In this document: in pieces, positions 11,686 to 25,100 of the stretch
Numbering within the stretch: position 1 is the first letter of the stretch
Layout: every line of letters starts with the position of its first letter
DNA from: Podarcis bocagei
Lineage: Eukaryota
Strand: one strand, 5' to 3'
DNA length: 64,000 nucleotides
Assembly: GCA_964188305.1 (NCBI GenBank)
Contig: OZ076895.1
Position numbers and translations under genes: made by a program
Notes under the pieces: model-generated
Databases searched by the model: none
Told to the model about the DNA's origin: nothing
What the model saw: the letters and a program-made list of their open reading frames with translations, nothing else

Positions 11686-12648
11686 TGAACTCAGCATGGG
11701 AAGAGGTTTCAGCTGGTTGCTCAAGCTTAGCCGTGTGGCTCTCACAAGTCATACTTGTGTCCCTATACCTATCATTTAGGAACTTTCACCATTTTGTAAC
11801 CAACTAAGTTTTATTGCAGATGCAACTTTTCAGACTGACATACGGGGAAGCAGATGAACCAGACCTCTGAAGCATTTGTAAGCAAACCATTTTTAACCTA
11901 CCAAACGTTATATTTTTCTACACTAGGGGAAGTGGGAAACTTTGGAAGGAAATTGGAAGGGTATATATTAACGGTCTAACAGCCTGCATTGCTGCACTTT
12001 ACTGCTTATTTTGTGATTTTAAATCTCTGCTGGGGTCCCTCACCAAAGACTACTTGCCGGAAACCTGGATCTTAGCATCCAGGGAATTCTCCTTTTTATA
12101 TTATTCCCCCCCCCAACAAACAAAAAACAGTAAATCACTATTTTAAAACCCACAATAAAGCAAGACACAGCAGAGAAATTAAAGAAGAAAAATCATTAGA
12201 CACATAACCTGTAGCAGTGTTAGAGCTTTAATGTCCTGGTACCTAAGGAGGCTTCAGAGAGGCCTCAGGGAGCTTTTGGAAATTTGTTTGATAGTGGGCA
12301 GCCTGGTAAATAATGATTCTCTTACCTGGTGATGGTGAGTCTCTCCAATGGAGAGAGGGAGGGGCAAGAGAAGGGTATACTCTGTGGAGGCCAGGTCCCC
12401 CTTTCTCAAAGAGCCCAGGATCCAGGATGACCATCACAAGCATGCTGGCTGCATGGGGATGGGGGTGGGGAGGTGATGGTAGGTCACCACATTTTCTATC
12501 CCTGGTAGAATCCATTATTTTTCTCAGTTTATTCTAGTTGCTGCTAGTTTACAAATAAGTCATGCTCAATATGTTATTGTAACTGCTTTACAACAGATAC
12601 ATATAGAATCAAATGCTCCAAACTTCCCCAAACAAACCCTTTACTTAC

Positions 12649-12794
12649 CAGAATGTAGACTGTGACCATAGCAATGCTGGATCTCTGCCGGACGGGGTCT
12701 GGTTCAATATCATTGTCCAGGTCAATAGCTTTCACCCAGAGAAAATACTGAGACTCACTTTCTCTATCAAGCATGTTCAAAACTTTTATAATAC
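12649..12794 (-). CDS. Cadherin exon 17, EC7 second half (IIKVLNMLDRE...VKAIDLD...VTVYIL)
   Basis: LDRE motif, CTG|gtaagt donor, phase 0. Confidence 0.9.
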
Positions 12795-15700
12795 CTGGCA
12801 TGGACACACACACCATTAAATCATTTTTAAAAAATACATTTCTATTTTTTTGAGCAGAAAAATACATTAATCAACCTTAGTGTACCAATAACGAGGTCCT
12901 TTAAAACTGTGTTTTGTGAGAACAAAAGAGATGATGCTTGAAAGCTGCTTGAACAGCGTCCTCAAATCTCAGTGGATTTTGCATAACCTCACATATTGAA
13001 GATTCAAAGTCTTGTACTAATGTAAATTTTCATGGAGGCCTTTTTTATGAGGGGTGAGGGGGCTAGCAGGGCAAAGAGCAGAAGGGGGGCCTATGTGACG
13101 CTGGATCCTTCACCACATTTTAGGCAAGGGCATGGCAGGATTCAGCATCTTCCTAAAGCAATAGGATGGCAAATCTCATTGACTGTGGTCAGAGATGAGG
13201 AATCTGTGGCTTTTCAGTTCCCATCAGCCCATGGTCAACAATCAAGGGGTGTGGGAGTTGTAGTGCAACCACATCTGGAAAGCCACAGGTTCCCCATCTC
13301 TTAACTAGGTAGTGCCAGAAAATCCTGGATCAGATAAAATGGTGTTACAGCATGATAAACATTACGGAACAGCACATATGACAGATTTATTTTCACCCTG
13401 CCTTTTCCCCTGACAGGGCTCAAGGTGGCTTAATGATGAAAACAAGAATCACTAAAAACGAAGGAAAAAATCATTAAAATATGAAACGTCAATAGAATTA
13501 AAACTATTTCATATATAAAATCTGTTTAAAACATACAAAGAATTCCAATAAAAATAGCATGGCACCAGCCCCACATAGAGCACATTACAGTAATCCAAAC
13601 ATGATGTAACTGAACTGTGTGTCACTTGGCCAAGGAATGGGCGCAGCTGGTACACTAGCTTTAACTGTGCAAATGCCCTCCTTGCCGCAGCAGAGACCTG
13701 GGAATCCCAAACTGCAGGAGCCCAAACTGCAAAGCTGTGTCTTCAGGGGGAGTGTTACTCCATCCAGCAAAGGCTGAATCCCTATTCCCTGTTTTGGCTT
13801 CTGACTGACCAAGAGCATCTCTGTCTTGTCTGGATTAAGTTTCAATTTGTTCACCCTTATCTGGTCCATTACTGATGGCAGACACCAGTTTAGAACCAAG
13901 ACCACTTTAGTAAAGTCCAGGACTGAATCTTGCCTAAAACCATGTTCTCTTCTTAACTCCAGTAAAATGCTGGATGAAAGCTAAGGCAAATTTTCTTCCT
14001 GTGGTGTTCATTCTTCTTGAGCAGAGAAGCCTTTAAAATAATTGGCAGTACCTGTATCTGGCTCTATATAAAATTTAGGAGGATGTCCTGCACCATCGCC
14101 AACAAGTGTGTACTTCAGATTATTGAATGGCCAGTCTTCGTCTGTAAAGGCGACTCTTCCAACTACGGTGCCAATGCTGCTGTTTTCAAGCACGCGGAAT
14201 ATATTTGTGCCAGTATGAGGATCTATTTCATTAGTACGGGTGACTTTCACAATAACCCTAATTGTGCCTGAAAGGGGGTTTAAAAAAAGAAGATGAGCAA
14301 TAAACAAGTTTCAAAGAATGTTGTTGGAGAACTTTGCCTCATAGATTGTCTGCAGTGTAATTGCTAGAGGATTATGATCTGACTGCCATGAAGGTGCCTA
14401 GGCTTGGACAGAATAGGGCTACTGGAAACAGAAGGATTAAAATTCAGCAGCCAGGTGTGTCAGCTAGGTCTTGCCTACCTAATGGGCCAGAGTGGCTGCT
14501 GAATGCTTCCCCAAATCAGCTGGATCTTCCTTGAGGGCTTCAAAAGGGGTAGGTGGTATACCTCCCTTCTCTTTTCCCATCTCCCATCTCGGTCCCTCTG
14601 CCCAGTCAACAGGAGAACAATAGAAGTTGCAGTTTTGCTCTGGACATCTAATCCTGCCAAGGCCTGTTAGTGGCCCTGGCTGGCATCTTTATAAAAAACA
14701 CAACGTGAAAAGCCTTCAGTGGTGATTGCACTGCTTAGTAGTTAGAGGGCTTATTTATACACTCTTTGCACTTGTCGTCCTAGCTGTAAGCTGACCCCTT
14801 CCTTTTATGTCCCTAGAACACAGACCCTTCTGTTTGTTAGAGTTGCTGCAAATGAAGAATTCCTGATCTGGACCTTGTGCAAAATAGAAATGAATTTGCT
14901 CTCCACCACAAGAATGAGTTTCAAAGCTTCACTGCAAAACAGCCTTAACATATTTACAAATAAACATCACAAAATACAAAATAACACATTGCTCTTAAAC
15001 AAGCAAGTAATGTGGTCCACTCTTCTTTTTAGTCCTTCATGCAAACCACAAAGCCTCAGTAGGTGGTCCTTCTATGAAATTCCCAAAGTGACTGAGATTC
15101 CCATCCCTCTTGGATGTTCCCTTAGTGCTGTACAGCAGGTGTGGGGAGAAGAATACAGGGGTTCCTCCGATTGTGCTAATTTGGGGAGGGGCATAAAGGC
15201 TTGCCATTGAGAGTGGAGAGGTGACTGAATTAGAACAAACATTTAATCATCTATGTTCCCATCACCAGCAAGGGTAGTGGTAGAAACAAAAATATTTGTT
15301 TTCATACTAATGATAGAATAATGAGAATTACACTCTGATTGAGACTGCATTTTTCTGATAACAAAAGTGCCAAGAGCTTTCGGTGGGGTATCGTATTTTT
15401 TATATTCCCTTTTCGGCTAGTATTGCTGCAACACTGAGGTTTTAGGGTGTGCCTAGCATACAGCGATGAAATTGGATCCTATGGTGTTGGAGAAGAGAGC
15501 AAGACTTGGATTCATGGGAGGGAAAGAATATGGAAGGAAGACAAATCTAGTTGATGGAAGATGGTTTAGATGCCTACAAGCTTTCCCCCTTTTCAGTCCT
15601 TCTCCAAAAATTCTGATCCCAGAGAAAGCCCTGTTTTCAGTCCACAAAACCTTCAACTGCTCTTTTATAAATGCCAGATCGGTGCTTCAAAAACAACAAT

Positions 15701-17662
15701 TATTACGGGATTTTACTGAATGAGCCAGAATTCAAATGTGGGTGGCAAGAGCTATGCATCTTGTGGGGGGTTGACAGGTAGAGGGAATCTTTTATTTCAG
15801 TTTTTAATCACAGTGAATTGTTTTCCCAGGGCACTCCAATCACAGGGATTTGGGAGAAGGATTGAAAACATTTCCTTTTCATGTGGCTTTATGCCTTTCT
15901 ATGTCAATGGAGATATTTCTATTGTGTCCAGCCCCGGATTCCTGGGGTAACAGGGTCTTTGCTGAGAAGGTGATCTTCCTTCACCTGAATCTAGATACAT
16001 CTAGGTCTTCCACATGCTCAGGACAACTTACGTGTTTGTGGTGGCTCACCACCATCAGAAACTTGGATCATCAGTATATGCTTGAACTGCATTGCAGCAA
16101 ACAGATCAGAATCACAGTTTAGGTGCTGAGGACCAACCTATAGGGAAAATTTATATTTATATTACTGGGAAGGAATTGTATATATCAGTTGTACACAGCT
16201 TTTGCTATTGGGCGAACTGAGCCCAAGCTAACAAAATGAATTTCAATAGAGAGAAATGCAAAGTTCTAAATTTAGGCAGCTGTACAAATATAAAACGTGG
16301 AAGCCCTAGCTTGCCAGTAGTACGTGTGAAAAAGATCGGAGGGTCTTAGTAGACCACAAGCTTAACATGAATCAAGGGTGTGATGCCACAGCAAAAAAAG
16401 TTAATGCTATTCTAGGCTGCAGGGGGTTGGACTTGATGGTCCCTTCCAACTCTACAGTTCTATGATCTAGTACAGCACTCATTAAAATTGCTACAACAGG
16501 CAGAAAAAAACCCATTAATTGGTACACCAAGAACTACAGCAATTTTTAAGTGGTGCATGAGAAACACAAGCTTAAGAACAAGTAAACTAGGATATATACA
16601 AGTTGGGATATTGTGGTTTTCCTGCTTTGTCATTTGATGACTGCAGCAGCAAATTATGTCCACATAAGTGAAAACGTCATTATAGATCTAACACCATAGA
16701 TGACAGCATCATGTCACCTCCAACCATTTACATTCCCCCCCAAGGAGATAGTTCACACATTCAATTTCCAAGTGTTATATAATAAAATGACAAGTGACCA
16801 AACTATGTAGATGCATATCTGGGTCAGATGTTTTGGTGTTGGTTTTCAAGAGCTGTTCAGCACAGAATTACTGTCCCAAACCACACCACCGTGATCTCTT
16901 AGTTCTGCATAGTCAAGCACCTACCCTTCTGTATTAATTTCTATGTCAACACAAATCATCTTTCAATTAACAATTGAAGCTACAATCTAGCTGGCTAACA
17001 CACACTTGTGCACAGTAAAGTGTTTTGTGATAGTACATACTTTGATTTCTTTGCCAGCTAGTGTGAAAAAATTATTGGAATAATCATCCAGTGTGAAGGT
17101 GAGAACATTGTTGGGAGGTGTTCCATCTCTATCTCCACACTCTAAGGTGTACAAGGGAGTCCCAATAGCAATTGTTTCAGGCACTTCAATGCTATAAATG
17201 AGAAAATCCATAGAGAACATGCATGTAACTCTAATTGACATACCTATGATAAAAACAGGACATCATGCACAGAGGCATAGGAAGGTCAGGTGGTACCCGG
17301 TGCGGAAAATTTCTTGTCACCCCCCACATTGCAAAGTGGTTTACCAAAACAAAACCACAGCAGTAAAATCATGAAAAATCGGCTGCATGCAGGGGGTCGG
17401 ATGAAGGCAAGGCAAGGCATAATCTACTCGGCCTAGTCTCATTTTCTTCACATAGGGAAACCCAGCCAGAAGGGCGGGGTATAAATAATAAATTATTATT
17501 ACTATTATTATAGGCCGACTTTCCAGGACCTAGGAAGCCCAGCAGAGGGTAGGGCAGTAGGGTGGTACATAAAGAACTTTTTTTAAAAAAACAACTGCCT
17601 GTTCAAAAGGTCTTATCTTACTAAACTAGGGATTATATAGCCATATCTGAAATTTCATGCAC

Positions 17663-17697
<35 letters not shown>

Positions 17698-20600
17698 TTA
17701 TTATTTATACCCCGCCCATCTGGCTGAGTTTCCCCAGCCACTCTGGGCGGCTCCCAATCAGTGTTAAAAACACTGCAGCGTTACATATTAAAAACTTCCC
17801 TGAACAGGGCTGCCTTAAGATGACTTCTGAATGTCAGGTAATTATTTATCTCTTTGACATCTGATGGGAGGGCGTTCCACAGGGCGGGCGCCACTACCGA
17901 GAAGGCCCTCTGTCTGGTTCCCTGTAGCCTCACATCTCGCAATGAGGGAACCACCAGAAGGCCCTCGGCGCTGGATCTCAGTGTCCGGGCTGAACGATGG
18001 GGGTGGAGACGCTCCTTCAGGTATACAGGACCGAGGCCGTTTAGGGCTTTAAAGGTCAGCACTAACACTTTGAATCGTGTTCGGAAACGTACTGGGAGCC
18101 AATGCAGATCTCTCAGAACCGGTGTTATGTGGTCCCGGCGGCCACTCCCAGTCACCAGTCTAGCTGCGGCATTCTGGATTAATTGCAGTTTCTGGGTCAC
18201 CTTCAAAGGTAGCCCCACGTAGAGCGCGTTACAGTAGTCCAAGCGTGAGATAACCAGAGCATGCACCACTCTGGCGAGACAGTCCACGGGCAGGTAGGGT
18301 CTTAGCCTGCGTACCAGGTGGAGCTGGTAGACAGCTGCCCTGGACACAGAGTTAACCTGCGCCTCCATGGACAGCTGTGAGTCCAAAATGACTCCCAGGC
18401 TGCGCACCTGGTCCTTCAGGGGCACAGTTACCCCATTCAAGACCAGGGAATCCCCCACACCAACCCGCTCCCTGTCCCCCAAAAACAGTACTTCTGTCTT
18501 GTCAGGATAATATCAGTTAATATCTTGACCCTGCTCCACTGAATTGAAATTTCAGTCTTCACCACATAGGAAAATGGCCAAGTAAACAGCTATTTTCATG
18601 GAGGACGGTCAAGATATTAACTGATATGCATGAAATTTCATATACAGCTATATAATCCCTAGTGTAGTAAGATAAGACCTTCAGAGCAGACATTTCAAAA
18701 AAAAAAAGTTTTAATGAACCACCCTAGTAGGGCAATAATTGTTCCTTGATAATTTGTCACCCCCCTCCATGATGGCACCTAGGGCGGACCACCACCCCCT
18801 TTCCTATGCCCCTGATCATGCTTTTTTTTTTTTAGTTAACATCCTACATTCAGAACTTTGGCTTCACTGAATACTCTTGGACTTGCTTTGATATTTGGGT
18901 TTTGCAGTGTCAACTAGTAGCCAATACTGCTTCCTCCAAATGCCGTGCTTGAAATTGGTTTGAAAGTGCCAGACAACACATTCAGATTGAAGAGGTTGAA
19001 CATTTACATAAACCATTTTTTTCTGTGGCACCTTTTCTCCTTGGATTGTTCCTGCTTCCTCCTGTAAAGTGTCAGGGATTTTAAACCAGGATCTCTGCTC
19101 CCCACACCACTCTGGAAGCGTGCAGGTAGGAGCTTTAACCTGATTCCTTGAGTACTACACTAGTGCAGATGGTCGAAGGTAGTACTTCAGTGTGCAATCT
19201 ACCAGAGATCAGGTCACGTAATGGATCCAGAAAAACACATCTGGCCTTATAATTCTGTTGGCTCCGGCTAAGATCTTTATTCTGGGGAGAAACAGCTTGA
19301 TCTGCTTATAGACTTACTCCATTATTGATTCCTTAATGTACCACCCTACTTGCTTGCTTCCTTGTTTGTTTGCTTCCTTGATTTCCCATTGCGCCTTCTG
19401 GCCTGCCTCTTTGCTCAATCATTTGGCTGTTTCCTTCTACTTGGAAATCTCCCTTCTGGGTTAATCTACAGGGGTGATTACACTAACTGGACCTCCATGG
19501 TGAACAGGATGTCACAACATTGTATGGCCAGGCAAGGCCAGGCTGCATGCTGATGTCATGGGGGCAAGAAGGAACATTTGAGAGTCATCAACATGAGCAA
19601 ACATTTTAAACTTGGAATTTGTGGAGGGTGTCACATTTTTTTCCTGCGCAGCTGAAAATGTACATGGGGAAAAAATGACCTCAGCCATGTTCACAACACC
19701 CAGATAAGTCAGAACTGAACTCCTGTTTACTAGATATGATAGGGTTGCCATATTTCAAGCAGTGAAAATCCGTGTTGAGATTTTTTTGGCAAAGTTGTTG
19801 AGCTTTTTATGGAAAAACGGCACTGCCGATATTTACAGACATATGGCAACCCTTACAATTAAAATTGAGCACTTTTTATTCTACTACTGAAAACAACGGC
19901 TATAGAAAGTATTTCAGACACTTACATGTAAAGGTCTTGGGTGCAAAATGGAGGATTATCATTTACATCCTGCAGGGTGATAATCAGCAGAACAGTGGAA
20001 GAATGCAACCTATCATTGTCAAAAGCTCTGATTTCCAATGCAGTTTTATGGGGGAAAGTTCGGTCTTCATAGTCCAAACGATAGGTGGTCGTAATTTCAC
20101 CAGTATCTAGGTACCAAAATATATATATATTGGGGGCAGGGAAGAGAATGCCTTGATTGACACTGCAAAACATTTTAAAATAAACATTTTAAAATAATGG
20201 AAGCAGAAGCAAGATATAAGAGACCAGTTTAGAATGATAATTATAATAGAACATATTGGCTCCCTCTACAGGTATAAGCTTCCTCTATAGGGGGAACTTT
20301 ATTTTATAGGAATTGTGTTTATATCAGATTGGATTCAAGTCCCATTGATCTGCTTATTTGAGCTAGGCATGCTGATAGCATTACTACACTGCTATCAATT
20401 AGGTATAAATAGGCCTAAAAGATGAGCATGAGTCAAATATGCATAATTGCGTTTCAGGTCACAAAGCGGTTTAGATTAAGTTTTAAATACATAAAAATAT
20501 CAGTTTCAACATAATCATTAATTTTACATCAAAAGCAGCCAAACACATTGTAGCACAGCATATTAATCAATCAGTTGATTGTATTTTATAGTTTACATTA

Positions 20601-22075
20601 CAGTGGTACCTCCGGTTAAGTACTTAATTCATTCCAGAGGTCCGTACTTAACCTGAAACTGTTCTTAACCTGGGCTCGGCAGAGCCTAAAATGAATGTAT
20701 TTACGACTTATGGAATGACTATATTTTGTGCAATCTAAATATTGGATTTTGTATAAGTTTATTTGTACATATGTATAATATCAATTAAAATTTATCTGCA
20801 AAAAATAAAAAAAGAAACTGTTCTTAACCTGAAGCACCACTTTAGCTAATGGGGCCTCCTGCTGCCGCCGTGCCGCTGGAGCATGATTTCTGTTCTCATC
20901 CTGAAGCAAAGTTCTTAACCCGAGGTAATATTTCTGGGTTAGCAGAGTCTGCAACCTGAAGTGTATGTAACCCGAGGTAGCACTGTAGTTATTGTAAGTA
21001 ACATAGTTAATTATAATCTTCAAAGAGCCTCTCAACATCTATTGAGAATGTCCTCTCACAGTATTAATTTAAATACTACAGACCTTTGATGTTTATATTC
21101 TTATCCCTTCTATTGTCCATCATCTAATCCTCCATGCTTAAAAATTCCAGAATTCATGATTAAGGGAACCAAATCTTTGCAGTAAGAAATTGACAATGAA
21201 ATCATTTCCACTATACAGTCATACCTTGGGTTATTTCCGGGTTTCGGCAGTCGAACATGCGCAGAAGTGCTAAATCGCGCTTTGTACATGCACAGAAGCG
21301 CCGAATCGCAACCCGTGCGCGTGCAGACATACCGCTGCGGGTTGCAAACGCTGTAAGTTGCAAACATGCATCCTGCATGGATCACGTTTGCAACCTGAGC
21401 ATCCACTGTATTTGAGTCTAAGGGCAGGTGTATAGGAAGGGGAGTGTGGTGTCATCCTTGAGGGGGGTGACATAAAGGCACACCACGGGGGTCAGCACTT
21501 ACTGTGGGGCCTGGCCTGCAGCATGCCCGAGCCACGCGTCTCTCCTGGGAGTGATGCTCAGGGCCCCATGCTGTCCGAAATGGCAGCGTGAGGCTTGCTT
21601 CTGCCAGGCGGACTCTGTGTGTCGATCGCTGTGGCACAGACCTGGGCAGATCGCCACGCCGCCCCTGTGTGTGGACCGCCACGCCCCCATGGGCAGATTG
21701 CCCTGCCCCCACAGCTCCAGGTGCTGGAGCAGCTAGCATTTTTCCCAGTTGTGAAATGTTTGATGATCCTACCTTACCAGAATCAATAGCAAAACCTTTG
21801 TAACTGCCCACAAATTCATAGTAGACTCTGTCCCCTATATCTCTGTCCACTGCAACCAGTCTTGCCACCGATGTCCCAAAAGGCAGATCTTCCAAAATAG
21901 TAATATGAATTACAGATGAATTCCTGTGGGAGAAAGAAAGACTGCTTCAAGCTTTGACCCAAATCATCAAGTTGTTTAAAAGGCGGCCCTATTCAGGGAA
22001 GCTTTTAATGTATGATATTTTAGTGTTTTTTGGTTTCTGTGGAAGCCGCCCAGATGGGCGGGGTACAAATAATAA

Positions 22076-22136
<61 letters not shown>

Positions 22137-25100
22137 GCACAATGTGTAGAGGTGGCCAACGACAGCAACACTACTGCCGCTTAGCTCAATGGGGCGGGGA
22201 CCGGGTGGCGGTGAAGTCAAGGCTGCTGAGGTGCACCAATGGGAGTGCCAGACTGGTGGAAGTGATCCTGCTGGGACAAGCATGTGGCCCTGAGCTGGCC
22301 ACTGCCTCACCTTCCTGCAGCCCCATCAAGGTACACAGCAGTGGCACAGATGCTGGAAAGGCAGCCATGCCTCATTATGTACCACTACCACATATAATGC
22401 AGAAACATGTACAATATACCATGCTGTTTTTGAGGCATGCAGTAGAGTTGCACAGTCCACAGAAGCTTTCAAATGGGGCGAACTTTGACCATCGTTTTCT
22501 CTTAGCCTAACCTTCCTCTTAGACTGCCGACCTTAGCCTAGCTTAAGTGACTGTTATGAGGATAAAAGGCAGGCCCATGTATTGTATGTTGCTCCTTAGA
22601 GCACGAGTTGCCAGCGTGGTACTCATCGGTGCCCATGAACCCTGGTGCCCACAGGGTCCTCTTTCTCACCCCTCCCCTGCTGCAACTAGGATTGAAAGAA
22701 GCCTTCTCTTAACCAGTGTGGTTTTTTCCAAGCTTGATTGCCATACAGAGGTTTTTTTTGGTGGGGGTGTTACAGCTGTGACTTCTCTACAGGACACCCC
22801 CCACACACATTGGTTTTAAAAAGATTATCCCTTTGGTTCCCAGCTGATACCTTCCTCACCACATTTAGCTCAAAAGAAGCCTTCCATGATAGCCAACAGA
22901 TGGGGTAATTGGGGGTGGGCAGTCAACTGGAGAGCTGTGACCCCATCCAAAAAGAAAGAAATAGCTGGCCCTCCATTGTAATCAGGCTTGAAAATGGCTT
23001 TGTGTTGGCTCCAAGCCATATTGGTGGGTAGGAAGGGGGCGTGGAGTGATCACTGTGCCCCTGGAGGAGGGAAGGTTAACTCTTGCCTCCTCAGCTGCAC
23101 TTTCCAAGCCTAATTACTTGTGAGTGTGTCATGTTCATGGTGCCTGCAGTGGTTCCTATTGTTCATAAATGGTCCCATGAGCCCAGAACATTTTCCAATG
23201 CCTGCCTGGGCAGAATGAAAATGCAATGCAATGTAGAAAAAACTCAAGGGCCTCATTTGACCCCTATTCTATTTGACCTTCAGGGCTCTTAGCAGGCCAT
23301 ACCTGCTCTCTCCCTTTGCCATCTCTACTCTGCAGCTTCCCTGAGCATTTCTTGCTGCCTGGATTGAGTCCTTGAACTGCAATGCTGCTTCTTGCTTGCC
23401 AAGATGGAGAGGACATGTTTGTGTGCAAAACTGGAATGTAGCCTACTGAACCAAGGTATGTGCCATACCTATTGATCCACCCAATGCTTTTTTCTGGGGG
23501 TATGCAGGGGTACGCATACCCCTAAACATTTTGTGAATATAACAGAAAAAGAAACTAAAAAAATTAAAATTTTTAGTTTCTTCTCTAGCACAGTGAACCG
23601 TCAGTTCTTTTGCTACCCCCAATGGTGGCCTCATTTCCTTTCCCAGTGTGTTCTGAGTCTCAGGCGGAAGTGAGCATTTAATGTGTGAAGCAGTGTGGAA
23701 TGTGGATGTGTGGTGTTTTACTGATGAAACCTCATGCCAATGCAGAAGTTACTATGAGCTGTCAGCTGTGTAATATGAGGTAATGCATGTTGTTTGTACT
23801 TTGTATTTATTTCCCCCGATTTGAACTATAAAATTGTGATTTTCTTGAATCAAAATGAAAGTACCCCTAAACATTTTTAAAGGAAAAAAAGCACTGGATC
23901 CACCCACGTTTGCCTTTGGCTCTGCTTTCCATTGGTATGTAGTTCCAAAAGGTTAATCACAAATCCCTGTTCTAGAACATACTGCAATCTGCATAACATC
24001 TTTCATCAATCCATAACAAAGTCTGAAATCTGTCATTGTATTTTGGACATGGCATGGACCATTAGGGAAGGCAACCATCTAAACATACTTACCTGGATAT
24101 TATTAATCCAAGGTAACTGAAAACACACCATTCTGATATCAGAACCCCATATTTTCCCAATAAGAATACTGCATCAAAGAATACATTGTTAAAATAGTGC
24201 ATGAAAGAATATTGCTTCTGAATGGTCCCTTAACATACGTTTGAGATGACAGTTAATCTATCTTGACATCTCTGTCTAGCTGCGAGCAAAATAAATTCTG
24301 TCTTTTTTCACTTTCAGAAGAGAGCTGATATCCAAGATGTCTCCCTTGACTCTTTTGTTTTGTTTCTAATGCATATTTTATTCATAACCCTCACTCACTT
24401 TCTTTTCCTTCAGTGACCCACCGGGATTGTAGATATTTGGAGGGGGATACTGAGGGAACCGCACGTTTATTCAAAGGGGCTTTGATGTTCTGGAAGGAGG
24501 GAAGTACCTCTGTTTTAAACAACTGTGACTTTTTTAAAAAAAAATACTGGTTATTTAATTATTTTAAAAGCAATCACCATCCCTTTCCTACTCCAATTTT
24601 ATCATTTAAGGAATACCACAGTAGTTCATATCTTTCAATGTACCACCAGGGGTATTTCCCACATGATCAAACACCAAACCCAACCGAGTCTACATCACAA
24701 ATGGTACACTTTGCCACCAAGGGTGCAACGGCAGACATCTTTGTTCTCTGGTGAGTGTTCTGGTATGATACTCGTGCTTTCAAATGCATTTGTCTTATTC
24801 ATACGAACATTATTAGGTATAAAGGTAAAGGTAAAGGGACCCCTGACCATTAGGTCCAGTCGCGGATGACTCTGGGGTTGCGGCGCTCATCTCGCTTTGC
24901 TGGTCAAGGGAGCTGGCGTACAGCTTCCGGGTCATGTGGCCAGCATGACTAAGCCGCTTCTGGCAAACCAGAGCAGCACATGGAAATGCTGTTTACCTTC
25001 CTGCTGGAGTGGTACCTATTTATCTACTTGCACTTGGACGTGCTTTCGAGCTGCTAGGTTGGCAGGAGCAGGGACTGAGCAACGGGAGCTCACCCCGTCA

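Larger units (their letters stand above)
17270..18814. mobile_element. hAT MITE hosting nested elements
   Basis: TIR CAGAGGCATAGGAA...TTCCTATGCCCCTG; TSD ATCATGCA/ATCATGCT. Confidence 0.75.

Noticed and set aside
12243-12515. Minus-strand ORF with good splice signals as the next cadherin exon
   Set aside because: The required phase 0 hits stops; the open frame has no cadherin or TM character
21954-22184. Poly-Leu / poly-Asn ORFs
   Set aside because: Translation of the (TAT)n L2 tail
24085-24096. ATACTTACCTGG, identical to the U1 snRNA 5' end
   Set aside because: No further U1 similarity; it is simply the reverse complement of a consensus splice donor
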